Of a stretch of DNA of 64,000 bases, positions 26,276 through 41,689 are shown piece by piece (the first letter of the stretch is position 1; each line of letters begins with the position of its first letter). Origin of the DNA: Lama glama (lineage: Eukaryota); contig CM052816.1 of the NCBI GenBank assembly GCA_028534125.1, positions 52,764,001 to 52,828,000 on the forward strand, given 5' to 3'. The translations under genes and the position numbers were made by a program. A model generated the notes under the pieces. It saw only the letters and a program-made list of their open reading frames with translations, was not told where the DNA came from and made no database searches.

Positions 26276-29200
26276 ACAGTTTACTTTTAAAGCTATATTA
26301 CAAGTTTAGGAGTTGGTTGAATGTGTTTGCCAAATGCACATGAGTTTGAACTTTGTAAAGTAGCTTCTCTAGAAATTTGATAATTCGCCAATTTGTGTTG
26401 GATGGAAGGAAGGGGTGTCCAGGTGCTGAAGGTAGACTGAGGAGCTGGTAACCATGAGAAGTGGCTGTCCTCCACACTGCTGTGTCTAATACCTGGATCT
26501 AAGCATGTGTTCTAACAGGAAAAGGAGGCGGCGTGTGTACAAACAATATGGAGGAATCCAGAGCCATGACTCCTGGAAGCAGCCTACGATGGTGCTGTCA
26601 CTGCAGTGCACAACAGATGGCTAAGTATGAATTGTTTTTTTAAAACACAGTGGGCTCTTACTGTTGGCAGCACCAACATTCAGCCAGTCAGTCAGCACCA
26701 TTTAACCAGAACACACTGCTGGGCACTCTGGGGACCAGCCAGTAAAGTAGTATTTACCATCCCTGCCTGGGCACATTGGATCTTCTAAATTGGAAACTCT
26801 TAAGAGGGGCCTGTGAATCTAAACTTGAACGAGCAACCCAGTTGTTTTTTTTAATGATCTGTTAGGTTTGATAAACAATCATAAGATAGCCTGGGGTGAG
26901 ACAAGGTGGCAAGGAGAAACAGGAAAAAGAAGAAAAATCATGAGAACATAGCAACATTAAATACAAGAACAACTAACTAAATAGTTCTAGCTGTTAGAAG
27001 TCTTGAAAACTTTAACTAACCGTAAACATGGAACTTTTTGTTTAAAATGAATTTTTTTTGTTAAATCAGGATTAAGAAGAAAATTCTTTATATATTGACT
27101 TTTGTTGTTTAAAAAACTTGGTAAATAAAATTTTTTGAACAGGACTATTTTTCTTTTGATAAATGAGGAATTATGAGAGTCAGGGCTAACCAAACATCAC
27201 TATTAGTTCACAATAGTGTAGAAACATCGCATGAGGGCTGAATCCTACTGACCAGGGAACTTGGGTTTTCCTGTAATTAGAATCTCTCACAAAATCAAAG
27301 AGAGCCAAAGGATTCCAGCAGAAGGATCCTGGATTTTTGTTTTCTCTATAGTTACCCTCCAAAGCCTGAATGATGCCATTTATACTTCAGGCAGAGAATC
27401 CCAGGAGCCTAGTAACATTCATTCTTGTGGATTCTCTAAGCTCTCCTTTTCCACTCCAAGGTCACATAGGTGGACAATTACTTGAGGGCCCATAGAACTG
27501 CCCAAAGAGAATGGTGATTTAACGTTTAACATAAGCTTTCAGATCCCATTTTAAAACCAGTTACATAGGAAATGTTTTTGCATCTGCTGTAAAACTGCTC
27601 TTAAAGACAATCACTATTATCTTGTTCAATAGCCCTTATATAAAGATCTACATGAAAAATTCATCTTAGAACTGAATGTCAAGAAATATAATTGTCTCTC
27701 TTAGTGAAATGCTGTGCTTCCTTTTAAAAAAAGATGAGTTATGTAATCTCTTTTTTTCTCCATCTTGGTCTCTCCCCCTCTCCTGTTTTCACCTTAGTTG
27801 CCAGGAAGTTCAGATTCAAATTTTATGTTCCATTGAGGTACTGTTCTTAACCCGTGCTTTCTGATATAATCTCCTCACCCCTACATTGTCTGCCTCTTGC
27901 TCTTACAAGGCTGTTTTGGGTAGTTCTATTATGCCTGGGTCTTTTATTGTGAACAACTTGAATACTTTTGGAAATTGACAGAACATAAGTTAGAAGTGAA
28001 GGAACAGATTGGTTTTCCATTGACTGAGGTTTTACTACACAGTCAGGAGGTGTATAGGATTTTTAAATGATCAAATTTAAATCAGATTCATCTGGGAAGA
28101 AAGATTTCATTTAGGAAAAGCTAGATGCCAAGAATTCTGGGGTGGGGGCTGGGGGTGGATTATCTTCTCAGCACTCACTCTCCCAAAGGCTTCCTGCAGA
28201 GGGAGGGGTATTACAACCTAGGTCAAGAAAACAATACCATATAAAGATTGGCTCTTAGCTCTTAATTACTCAATGAACTTTGGCCCAGTCATGTCAGTGA
28301 GTGGCCCTCCTGTCATCCTGTGAAGCAAGTATGAGGCAGGAATGACTGCCTCCTTTACCTACGGGTGTGGAGAAGGTCAAATCAGTTGCCCTTGACTGTG
28401 TGGTTAGCCATCAACAATCCAGTGGAAAAGCTTAGTAAAAACTTTAAAAAAAAAAATTCTGGGATTCTTCATTTCCTGCTCAGGCACTAAATTCGTGAGG
28501 AAATTCACCCTTATTTGTCTTTATTATATAGACAAAGAGGGAGGTGTCCCCAGCTGGAATATCCAGCTGTGACAGACAATTCTGGTCCTGGCCCCCTCCC
28601 CACGTGTGGCCCCAAAGCTAGAAGCAGGAGGAACATGAGCTCGTAGGTCCAGCACCCAGAGCCCAACCCTTCCCGGGGATGTTCCCAGAGCCGGCGCCCC
28701 GGAAGCAGGGGCTGGGGAGCAGGAAGTTCACCACCAACTACTTCTGCGGCGCATTGAGTCTCACAGATTTGTCACTCAGCACACAGCTTCTTTCTGCACA
28801 GCCCACACAGCTAATCCCTGTACTATATTTCTCTCAGTTTTCCCTCCTCCACCCACAATTCTGCTGACTTCTCTCCACACAGGAGAGACAGAACAGCTGA
28901 GGAAACAGCCGAGCGGTGGAAAATTTTTGCAAGTGTTTTGAGCCCACCCAACCTGAGGAGAGCATTCAAAGAAAAACAGGAAAGGGTGAGTAGGAGCTCC
29001 CTCAGCCCCCGCACACAAGCCGGGGATTGTCACTCCCGCCCACCCCCAGTCCCAACAGGGGCCGACTGCTGGGACACAGCCGCTGTGCCCACACACGAAA
29101 ATATGCAAATATGCTTTCTGTGAGGATTATGGGGAGTGGAGGCAATTGCTCTGCTATTTCAGACACCACGTCAGGGAACGCAGGAGCACAGTAGGCTCAT

Positions 29201-29721
29201 TCCATTCAAACACCTACTCTAAGAGTTCAACCACCACCTTTGGTCTTAAATTGGAATTTCTAGAAGCCATCACACTGGGAGAATGAATGCAATAGTGAAG
29301 ATGGATGTGTTTCTGTTCTGGCAACCAAAATTAGACTCCCTAATCTAAAGGGTAATCAATGCCCTCCGTGTTGTGTGTGTGCGTGCCCGCGCGCATGTGT
29401 GTGCGCGTGCGATTTCATATTACTCATCCTTTTCTCCCTTTTCATTTCCTTTCAACTTCTCTTCCTACTCTAGACCAGAGCTTTTAAGGCTGTCTGTCTT
29501 TTCAGGGATTGGGGGTGAGAAAGAAACGTAAATTCATTTAGTTCTTAGTTCTGTTTATTTCTCCACCTCTCCTTTGCTGGAGACTCCAGCCAGTTAAATG
29601 ACTTGCAGTTGGCAAGGGTGAAGGCTAACGCCATCATTCATCCATTCATTCACTCATTAAACAGACCTCTAATAAACAGTTGCAGAGATAAGGTTCCTGT
29701 CTTTACCCAGTTTTCTGTTGG

Positions 29722-29755
<34 letters not shown>

Positions 29756-31439
29756 TTGCATCTGGTTTAGCATAGGGGTTTTGCATAAAACCTAGAATGT
29801 ATGTAAAGGTTATGTAACCAATGGATAAACAAGATTACAAGTGCCCTTCTCCATAAGTGATTTGTGAAAAGATTTCCATCCCACAGGTTGGACTAGTCCT
29901 ATCTCCTAGTTAAGTATCTAAGCACTAAAATTAACCCATTCACCATTCTTCTTTACTTTGTTGGCACTGTTTATTTTTTTCCCATTTTGAATAACAGATT
30001 ATCCTCAAAGCTGGCCTAACTTTTCTTCTTCGTATCAGTATTATATGTTCACTGCTAATGGTATGTACCCATTCAGGTAACACATACATATTGAGTAGCT
30101 ACAATATGCCAGACACTGTTTCAGACACTGAGGCTGCAACTTTACATAATAATCTCTTCATGGAGCCAACAAGTGAGTGGGATCAGACAATCCTTGGCTT
30201 GCTGTTGTTTCCAAGAAACAAAATAACTTTAATTATGCACTGGTATGCAGAAAACCAAGGTGAAGGACGTGGCTCTAATAAAATGGAAAAGTAGGGATCC
30301 TTTGCCTTTGTTGACTAGAGGGGATCAAGTTTTGAGGTTCTTTGTTTATTAGTTCTACTGTCTGACTCACTGTCTCCAGTTGGCATCTTAGAGATTGGGC
30401 AACATAGATTATAGTTAAAGTTACTTTTTTTTTTTTTTAGCATTTTGAACCACCAGACACTGTAAGGAATGTTTTAAAGTTGGTTGTAAGAAGCAGATGG
30501 TCAAAAAACTTAAGACACATGGCAACTCCAGAAGAGGAGAATTTTCCTTTCCTCCTGAACTCTTCAACTGGAGAACAAAAAGAGATACAAATGAGTTTTG
30601 CAGCTCTGGGCCTCTGAATTATTTCACAGGCTGTTGATGCCAACCTGAGGTACAAAGTATTGAGGCTTCTTGTACTGACGAGGGATGACTCTGATGTGGT
30701 GCATCAACAGTAGACTTTTCACATGAACAGGGTAGTGATTTGTGGCCAGCAACATTGTGCTTGCTTCAAAAAGTCATCTATTGTGAGATTCAGCAGGGAT
30801 CCACAGAGCCTAGAATCATCCCTGGGCTGTGGCCTGAACATACCATTCTACCTCCTGGCACTGAGGGGTCTTTTAGCACTTAATTGGAAAAGAGCTCCGT
30901 CTCCAACACAGCCCCAAACTATCAACAAGGCTCTGCATGTGGAATTTCTCTTCACTTCTAAATTTGCTGGACCATATCCATTCAATAACAAAGAATTCTT
31001 GTATTGTTCCATAACTACTGTCAACTTTCTCCTTATCCAGACTCTCAGATGCTCTCCTTTGGCAAGAAAAATAAAAATGAACCCACTGGCAAAGTCTCAA
31101 ATGGAACAAACTAATGACAAGTCTTACATTTTAAATCAGCTCAACTTTTGTTTTAATGAAATTGGTGGATGGCCATTTTTCCCTTACAAATGAAACTGTC
31201 ATTGATTTCTCTGGCTTTGATGAAGGATTCGCTTGGAATGCATTGTTCATTGTTGATATCAAACAGACTTTTTTTGAGGGCCCCAGGATGATGAGAGAGG
31301 AACAACATTAATGAAAGGGGGTTTGAATGGTATTGCATTCTCTCTTTACATCGATGTTTCTCACGTGACAAAGGAAGGTAAGATACAGAATAACTCCCAG
31401 TTGCCAGGCTGTTAAGGTATGCTAACTCAGACTGTGTAA

Positions 31440-31640
31440 TGACACACGTTTTAGAACTAGTGGAAAGAATATGACAAACCTGAGTTTGCATCCTGACTCC
31501 AAACTCTCACTCCATCATTTAATACCATGGCCGAATTATTTAACCTGCCTGAGTCTCATTTAATGGAGATCATGACTTCTCTCCTAGAATTGCTGAGAGG
31601 TTTAGATGAGATTTAGTGTAGGTCCTGGCATGCCGAAGGC
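31440..31640 (+). mobile_element. MIR SINE
   Basis: caaacctgagtttgcatcctgactcc...ttatttaacctgcctgagtctca...ttgctgagaggtttagatgagat. Confidence 0.6.
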
Positions 31641-33377
31641 CCTCAAAGGATACCCTTCCTCCGTCCATCCCCACTTTCCCTTCTCCCTGTAGCCACATTT
31701 ATGAGATGACATCACAGTTCCTGCAGTGAGACGGCTATTAGCTCTCAGGGTTTCCAGCTTTCTGCTGATTTAAGAATCCAGCTGTGTTGATATTATTCAT
31801 GCAAATGCCAGCTGGAGACCGATGCCACAACAAGGATGAGTCATTACCAAGCACCCCTTAACAGTCTGATCTTGCCCCAGAAAGAACTGGGCTTTCCTCA
31901 CTGATGGTGGAGAGTGATGGGAGAGATTGGCCTGGTCTCAGGCGCTCCTGACAAAATGCTCTCAAAGCATCAAGGGGTTTTTATAGAGAAGGTCCCCGAC
32001 TCCCCTAAGTGATATTAAATAGCGGTTAGCAGCTTGGACTTCAAAATCTAACAAAACAAGGATTGAATCCTGATTGCCACTCACTCGCTGAGTAGCCTCT
32101 CCAAGCGTCTGTTTTCTCCCAGACTTTGTGTGAGGATTTAACAAGGCCACGCATATAAGGCATTTAGGACTGTGACTTGGCATAGAGTAAATGCTCAACA
32201 GAAGCCAGTTATAATCTCTCTCTGTGTATCTCCATCTTAGTCCTCCTCCCTCTCCCTCTTCCTTTCATCTCTCTTCGTCCGTCTCTCTGTCTCTAAGTTA
32301 ACCTCTCAGCTACCTGCTAATCATTGAAGCCTGCCTTCCAGCACTTGGCACATTAACAGCATTGTTTCTTGTACATTTACCACATTTTCACTTCTGCTGG
32401 AATGCCTACATCCCAACCATACATACCCCACTCAACATTAATTCCTTCTTTGATCATTATTTTGTGAAGCCTGTCTTCACATGCTTGAAAGAGACTGTAA
32501 TTATAGCTCAGTCGTATGAAACTTCACATCATAACTAAATAAATAGCTGTTGATTGATCATAAAGATAATCAAGAGCTTAAATAATACACTTTATTAAAA
32601 AGCTGTCTCATTTCATACCATTATTTCCAAGTTCCATATCCTGCCAAAACAGTTTATCTCAGTAAATTTGGTTTAAAAAAGTCTTTATCAAAATATGAAT
32701 ATTAATAATAATGATCTGAATATTCATCATGGGACATGAAGTTGCCCCACTGCCATGAATTGGAGGTTAAGAAAATATCTCAGTAAAGGAATTAACATTT
32801 ACCAAATGCCCCCTGGATATATAGCCCTTTACTGACAAATTTTAAGTTCGTAATTTTAGTGGGAGAGCTTTACATTTCTTTTTTCCTGGAAAAGTCTCTA
32901 GATTCTTCATGTTCCTGAAGAGGCAAGTATGTCTCTGTGACAATATATATGTAATTAGCTCCTTTATATTACCAATACATCACAGAGACTTTCAAATTTA
33001 CATTACATACAAGCTCACTATTAGTTTTCTGAGTTAGGTGTTACCTATTCTGATGTAATTACTAAAAAGCACATAAAATATGCATATATGCTGTCTAATG
33101 ACTCAAGTTAAATATACCTCATAGAATGTTCTTTCTTATTAAAATTCACATACATTTTTCTTACAAGGGAGTTATGATTCTGCATTGTAGCATGTGTTTT
33201 ATTACAAATTTGGAGTTCATTGATGAATAATGATGGAATTGCAAATCAACAGCTTAATTAGCTCTGGAGGATTTTAGGAAGATTTTCTCCCTCTGTGAGC
33301 ATAAGCTTAGAGGTTAGTGTAGAGCCCAGAGCTGGGTTTTTGGCACCCCAGGCTCTCCCCACAGAGAGGGATCCTTA

Positions 33378-33728
<351 letters not shown>

Positions 33729-34229
33729 TCACCCATCCCCAAACCACCTCTAATATTAGCATCCTGTAAATCTTACCAGTTTCTTTACACATATAAAAGC
33801 AAATAAAAATGAAGATTCTTGTCCCCCTCCCTTTACACAAAAGTTAGCCATGATCTTGCCTTCCATAAGTGCTCAATAAATATTTGTTTTAAAAGGCAAG
33901 AAGAAAGGATAAAATGATGGGATAGTAATTTCTTCCCCTCAGATAGTTATGATTATCTTAAAGGCAATGCAGACTTGGCTCATGCGATACCTGCTTCAGC
34001 TCCTGTGAAAAGATTCCATTATGGGAATGCATTCCCAGCTAAACAGCCTTGCTGAAAAGCCTTTCTGGGGCTCCTAACACCCATGCGAGGAAGACTGAGC
34101 TTCTTACCTTAGCAAACATGAACTCTATGCACTAGTCTTTCTCACCTTATGTCTTTCCTCTCCTTGTTTTTAAGTCAAAAAATAATACCAAAATTCCTGT
34201 TATGTCCTGCACCTCCATACTCTCTTAAC

Positions 34230-34580
34230 TTGATGCCTGTGCACATGTGTCTTCTTCAAGTGGAATGCACTCCTTTAACACGTTACTTCCTACCAATCCT
34301 TCAAAGAGTTTCGTTCAGACATCAGTTCTCAGAAGGCATTTCTGATCCTGCCCCTACCCCAACCTGTCTCAGGCACCCCTCTGGAGTGTTCTCATAATAA
34401 CCTATGCATAACTGAATCACAGTTCTTACCCCAATTTTTAATAGTGTTCTCTTCAGTATTTCCCCTACTTGACTATGAGTTTTTGAGAACAGGAACCCAG
34501 TCATTCATTGTTATAGACTTAGCAATGCACACCACTCAGCATGCAATAGGTGCTTAACAAATGCTTATTCATTGATCTTA
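34230..34580 (+). mobile_element. LINE-2 3' end
   Basis: gactatgagtttttgagaacaggaacc...gcatgcaataggtgcttaacaaatgcttatt. Confidence 0.6.
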
Positions 34581-34616
34581 ATAAATAGTCCGTGAAAAAT
34601 TGAGTATTGCCTCCTA

Positions 34617-34901
<285 letters not shown>

Positions 34902-37204
34902 TTACAGCTATCACTAAGTGACAGGAGCACTTCAGAATACTTAAGAAAGCAAAGGCATTCTGAAGAGAGATATTCAGAATGACTTAGTATTACTTCAGAT
35001 TCTAAGCTTCATATATCACAGTTACTTTATTTCAATAGCAAATACTAAAATTGCATAGTTTATATTAGCTTAAATATCAGTAATACATTCTCAAGAAAAT
35101 TCTTAAGAAGCAATGCCGATATTTCAGGAAAGTGTGTAATAAAATAAGGACAACTTATGATATTATAAAACATCTTTACAGATTAGTAAACCATTTTAGT
35201 ATTCAGTAGGATTTTCAAAATTTCAAATTCTGGTTCCTTCTCATAAATTCCATAATTCTCTGAAATAGAGATTTCCATAATTTATAGAAGTACTTAAGCA
35301 CCTTTGATAGGTCATAAACTATTCTAAGAAATAACTTTGTTCAGCCAAGATATTTCCTAAAATTACTTGTTATTTTACTTTCAATATTTTAGTAGTAAAT
35401 ATTACTTAGTAACATTCTAAATAACTGCTCCCTTGGGCCAATTTGATTATTCTTACTGAAATTTTCTCTCCTTTTAAAAGAACAATTTTCTTTTCTAAAT
35501 TAGCCTATGGTAATTCCAGTTATCCTCTCTTATTACTCTAGGATGTCACATCTTCAGAACCCCTCCAGTTAAGAAATCAGATTGCTTCCTTTTAAAGTAA
35601 ATTTAGGAGATCTTCAACACAGCACGTTCTTTCAACTTCATCTCTCTTTCCCAATGAGCTATACTTTCTGGACAAAAAGTTTGGCTTAAATAATGTCATA
35701 AAGACATTAACTGAAAAACATTTCCCGCAGAGCCTAGAAACTGTGACTGAAGTTTTCAATGGAATCACCCTTTTAGGCTAAGTCCTGCTACCCTGGTACT
35801 CCTTTTAACAATGGACATAACATATGTTAACCGGAGTCCTATTACACACAGCATGGTGTCACAGTCTAGATCATCAGATTAACTAACTGGCATCAGCAGA
35901 GTTCAAGGCATTGAATGAAAGAGACAAGGACAGGTAAGTGTTTGAGGGATGAAAGGCGGAAGTGAAGCACTTAAAAAAAGTACTCCAGGAAATAAACAGT
36001 TGTTAAGAGGAGTGTTGGAGAGCCATGAAGTTCCATGATACAATCGGATATACAAGGAGGTGAAGTGTGGTATAACAAAATAAATACAGAGTCAAGCAAA
36101 GAAAAACATAAGCTTTGGCGTCTGAAGGATCTATATTTAAAATCTGCCCCAGTCACATGCACATTGCGTGGCCTTGGGCAAATTACTTAACCTCACATCA
36201 GTTTTCTCATTTGCAAATGAGGATAATACCACTTTTCTTGTGTTGTGACAGGTATATGATAATAGGTCCCCAATAAGATAGGAGTTCTTATAGACAAACT
36301 TAGCCAAATTTACAATACGCCAGTGGTTACTTTCTCACTTTTTTCCAATTTAAATAGGTATCACATGACACCTCAAAAGACTTAACTATTGGTAACAGTG
36401 AAATACATTATAATTTATTCCTTGTTACACATTGGGTTCCTATGGCATGTCAATCCTGTCACATGCTCATCTGGTTTCCAAAATATATGCATTTGTCTTC
36501 AACAAGCAACACAGAATGCCAGCAGTCCCAGCTGTTTTATCAGAAAGTACAACCTCAGACTGCCTGGCTTCTAGGTCCTATCAGAGGTCCTACTGAACAT
36601 GTAGAGAGATGTTTACTGAGGCTCAACTATAAGACGTGCCATCCATTTAGCCTCCTAAACACATTCACCTCTATCTTTGTGTTATTTGGGACACCAGAAC
36701 ACCATACCATAAAGTTTTCTCATGCCTTGAGAAGTATGAACTCTGAATGTACCTTTATAGTTTGTTCATAGCTTTTATCAAAGGTGAATCTGAGAAAATG
36801 CCAACCATGGTTTCCATTGCTGCATTTGCCTTAAAATTACCGTAGAGGACACTGTCCTGTATACAGCTCATTTCTCCTCTACAAAGAGGTACACTTTATA
36901 CTTGTCTTTTAGACTTCAGTTCTGATTGAAACTTTGTTTTTGAAATTTTGGTATATTAGCTCCCTTCTGAAAATGAGAATCACTTAATTGCTCCTGTCAT
37001 CCGGACAGCTCCAAGCCAAACCTGAATCTCAGTGACAGTATTCATGTTGACCATTAGGATGATATTTATGCATTTTTGTTTTCCTTGATCTTGATTTCCA
37101 AATTTTGCTTATATGCTATTTCATTATGTAATTGTTGGTTTGTTGTTGTTTTTTATAAGTGGCTAAAATGCTTTGTGGGAAGAATCATAGTATCTATATG
37201 TTTA

Positions 37205-37738
<534 letters not shown>

Positions 37739-38366
37739 TTAGAACAATAAACTCACACAGGTTAGAGGATACATCAAATGATTTGGTTTTCCTTCTAAAC
37801 AAAAATTTTAGTATGCATTGATAGATAACCAATGTTGTATCCTTCTACATAAGTATAGACTCTGTATTGAAATAGAGACAAATGAAACCCTTTTAGCTAT
37901 AGTTGCTATATCATCAAGCTGAAAAAGACTTTCATGAATAAAATATCAAAATACACTTTCTGAAACTACTATCCCATTTTCTCTTTCCAACATAACTATA
38001 CCTATGTATTTTTTAAAACAGAATGTACAAATTACATAGGGGAAAGTACTCTACTAACTGATTCATATATAAGATTTGTTCTGAATTTTAAAGACATTAT
38101 AAATCCACTGTCTGATTTTTAAAGACAATATTCTCGTGTTTTACTAGAGATTTTTTAAGTTTACAATTGTGCTTATTGAACACTAATGGTATATATGACA
38201 CCATAAATCAAGCTCCTATGCAATTCTCCTCCAAAATTTTTGTGATTTAAAAGCATTAAACATATTTTACAAATTAGAGGAAAAGGTTATTCCCATAGTT
38301 GAAATGATGTCCTATTTGTAAATTTATTTCTGTGGCTATTATCTTCCAGTCAACAATTTCCTGAGA

Positions 38367-38866
38367 NNNNNNNNNNNNNNNNNNNNNNNNNNNNNNNNNN
38401 NNNNNNNNNNNNNNNNNNNNNNNNNNNNNNNNNNNNNNNNNNNNNNNNNNNNNNNNNNNNNNNNNNNNNNNNNNNNNNNNNNNNNNNNNNNNNNNNNNNN
38501 NNNNNNNNNNNNNNNNNNNNNNNNNNNNNNNNNNNNNNNNNNNNNNNNNNNNNNNNNNNNNNNNNNNNNNNNNNNNNNNNNNNNNNNNNNNNNNNNNNNN
38601 NNNNNNNNNNNNNNNNNNNNNNNNNNNNNNNNNNNNNNNNNNNNNNNNNNNNNNNNNNNNNNNNNNNNNNNNNNNNNNNNNNNNNNNNNNNNNNNNNNNN
38701 NNNNNNNNNNNNNNNNNNNNNNNNNNNNNNNNNNNNNNNNNNNNNNNNNNNNNNNNNNNNNNNNNNNNNNNNNNNNNNNNNNNNNNNNNNNNNNNNNNNN
38801 NNNNNNNNNNNNNNNNNNNNNNNNNNNNNNNNNNNNNNNNNNNNNNNNNNNNNNNNNNNNNNNNNN
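38367..38866. other. Assembly gap (500 N) in intron 6
   Basis: Run of n. Exons 6 and 7 join in phase, so no coding exon is needed in the gap. Confidence 1.
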
Positions 38867-40216
38867 AACTGCTGGAGGCTGCTGTGTTTCTCATTAGAAA
38901 ACTCACATCCTTTCCTTATTATATCTGTTTATTTACAGAGTGATCAGATTAACTTTTCAGGTACCAGGTGAGAACTTTATATCTGACAGGTGTCACTGGT
39001 TGCAAAATGAACAAGAACTATTTAGCAGCAAGTCAACACCCCTGGGCTCCAATTCTATGAAGCAGATGCACAACGCATGGCATTTATACCTCAGAGATCC
39101 GTCCCCCCATAGCGGCCTGGAACTACTGGGGCTGCCACACGCACTGTTTCTGAATGAATCATTAACACTTTGTGACAGTTTAACTCTGCGACCTCTAAAT
39201 ATATAAAATGTCCTCTCATTGCCTATCAGATACTCAAAAGAATACCCTTCCAAATGAACAACAGCATATAATAAATCCCTTAAAAGCAAAAGAGCTACTC
39301 TGTTAATCAGAATTTCTTGGTTTGCATTCACTTCTCTATTTAAATGCTTCTTAAAGACATTACAAGAAAATACCCTTTTGTTCTGAGACATTTCTAGAGA
39401 AAATCCATTAGGATAAGTGACTGAATTTTTCATTTTATGTAGGATTGGCGGGGTCTGGGGGTTTTTTTTGTTTTGCTTTTTTTTTCGTATTTTTAAAGAA
39501 CAGTAGCTTTTACTAGTTACTAAATTAAAACTTCCTATAAGAATGACAGTTGTCAATTTAAAAACGGAAGTTGTCTTTAAGGTGGCTTTGAAAGACTAAA
39601 GCATCTTTTAAGGAGGGCATCTCAGTACATTTTACAGTAAGTATTACTTGGTTACTTCACTGAAATACAGCAGCTTTGAAAAAATCTAAATGAATCTCAT
39701 TGTCTTGTTTGTTAAAATAGCACATTAAAAAATATTTTGAAGAGCCGGCAGGATGCTTTTGACAGCTGAGTAGGAGGCTCCTGGCCACAGAGCATGATGC
39801 TGCGCTGTTAGTTCTCTAAGTTAATCTGTTTAGTTTGAAAAAAGGAAAAAGAGCTCAACTGAAGAGGGGAAAAAACACTCATAAGGAAAAATCTGTTCAA
39901 CACATATGAAAATATTTTATTTCTTTTTCCTTCTATACCTAGCTGCTGGCATGAAGCAAATAATCTCTAGAAGACAGAGAGAGAAAAATCCTATTTTAAA
40001 AGGAAAAAAAGAGGAGACCCTTTGATTCTATTGCTACTTCCTCCCACCTCCTCAATATCCCAGCACAGTCATAAAGCTTCAAATGGAGATGCAGTTTATA
40101 ACTGAAATGGTATACTAGTCTCACGCTTTATTTCAGAGTCTAGCTTTCTAGCTTTAAATTCTTACAACTGAGATTTTTCTTTTTCCAGTTATAGCTCCTT
40201 ACGTTCAGAAACTTTA

Positions 40217-40531
<315 letters not shown>

Positions 40532-41199
40532 TCAAAATCTGGATATATATGTCTAAAGTCTATTCTTAGGCTTCTTTAGTGCAACTGGTAATATGAGAAA
40601 CTCCATTCCTAGATCCTTAAATCTGAATCAATTCCCTCGAATTATACAACCTTAATTTTGCATCTATAAAGTTAGTCCTAAAAATGATTACATTTTAATG
40701 ATCATTTTTATTTCCTAAAAATATAAAGGTTCTGCAAATCACTGTGTGATGTCTTTGCTGTTTTCAACCCTCACTATTATACATTTAGCTGTTAGAAAAT
40801 AAGTTCACCTACTATGTGCCAAGTACTGTTCTGGGTACTGAGGATACGGCAGTGAAGGAGGATAAAGTCTATCCATTCTTAATAAAAGACTAAACAAGCC
40901 ACAGTACATAAATGAATAGCTTTTGATACTCAAGACCCTCTTGGGAGAGATGCCAATAAACATTAACTCTTGGCATTGTTGGTATCCAGGTAAAACCTGG
41001 ACTTAAAAAACCATATTGAATCAGAAGACGGAAAGGGGGAAGAAGAGATCACAAAAGCATTTATCTTTAGCATGAAGAGCCTAAAATTTGGTTAGGAGCT
41101 CTCCTCTGTGCACTTCCCTCACAGAGGACTGGAATCTTCCAGCCATAAGTCAACCACTCGGAGCTCCATTGGCTCTGTAATCATGGACTTTTCGGCTTG

Positions 41200-41525
41200 G
41201 GCAGTACAGACCCACCCCTAAGCCTATGCATCTGCTGTTGGAATTTTCTTCTCCTGGATACTTACATAGACCCTTCTTTACTTAATTTAGGTCTCTCTTC
41301 AAACGTCAGCTCCTCAGAGAAGCTGTATGCTACTAACACAGCAATGTGGGTCCCCTCTATTCTTTACTCTGTTGCAATTTTTTCCTCAAACTTATCACAA
41401 CCTATTTGTTTTGGTCTGTCTATTTTACCTGAACATAATCTACATGCAAAAAAAAAAGGACTTTGCTGGGTTCACTACTGTATTGGCACATAGTAGGCTT
41501 TTAATAAATATATTTTGAATGAATA
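41200..41525 (+). mobile_element. LINE-2 3' end
   Basis: ttaggtctctcttcaaacgtca-ctcctcagagaagc...gttcactactgtat-tggcacatagtaggc...aataaatatattttgaatgaat. Confidence 0.7.
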
Positions 41526-41689
41526 AGAGGACAAGGTTTTATTTGGGTGAAAAATGTCAGGATCTTAGGTCTGGGAAATTTTTTTTATCACTGTGAGGGA
41601 GAAAGATTATAAAATATAACTGAAATATTTAAAGAGTGTCTTTAAATATTTACTTGTGCTAGGAATAATAAAATTCACTAATCATCTGA

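Noticed and set aside
30425..31200. Poly-T run followed by unique sequence and a 156-aa ORF (30723..31193): possible retrocopy or antisense exon
   Set aside because: No TSD, no polyA signal at the expected distance, and no recognisable protein in the frames I read.
38274..38906. 210-aa ORF, or a missing exon in the gap
   Set aside because: Spans 500 N. Exons 6 and 7 already join in phase with continuous protein sequence.
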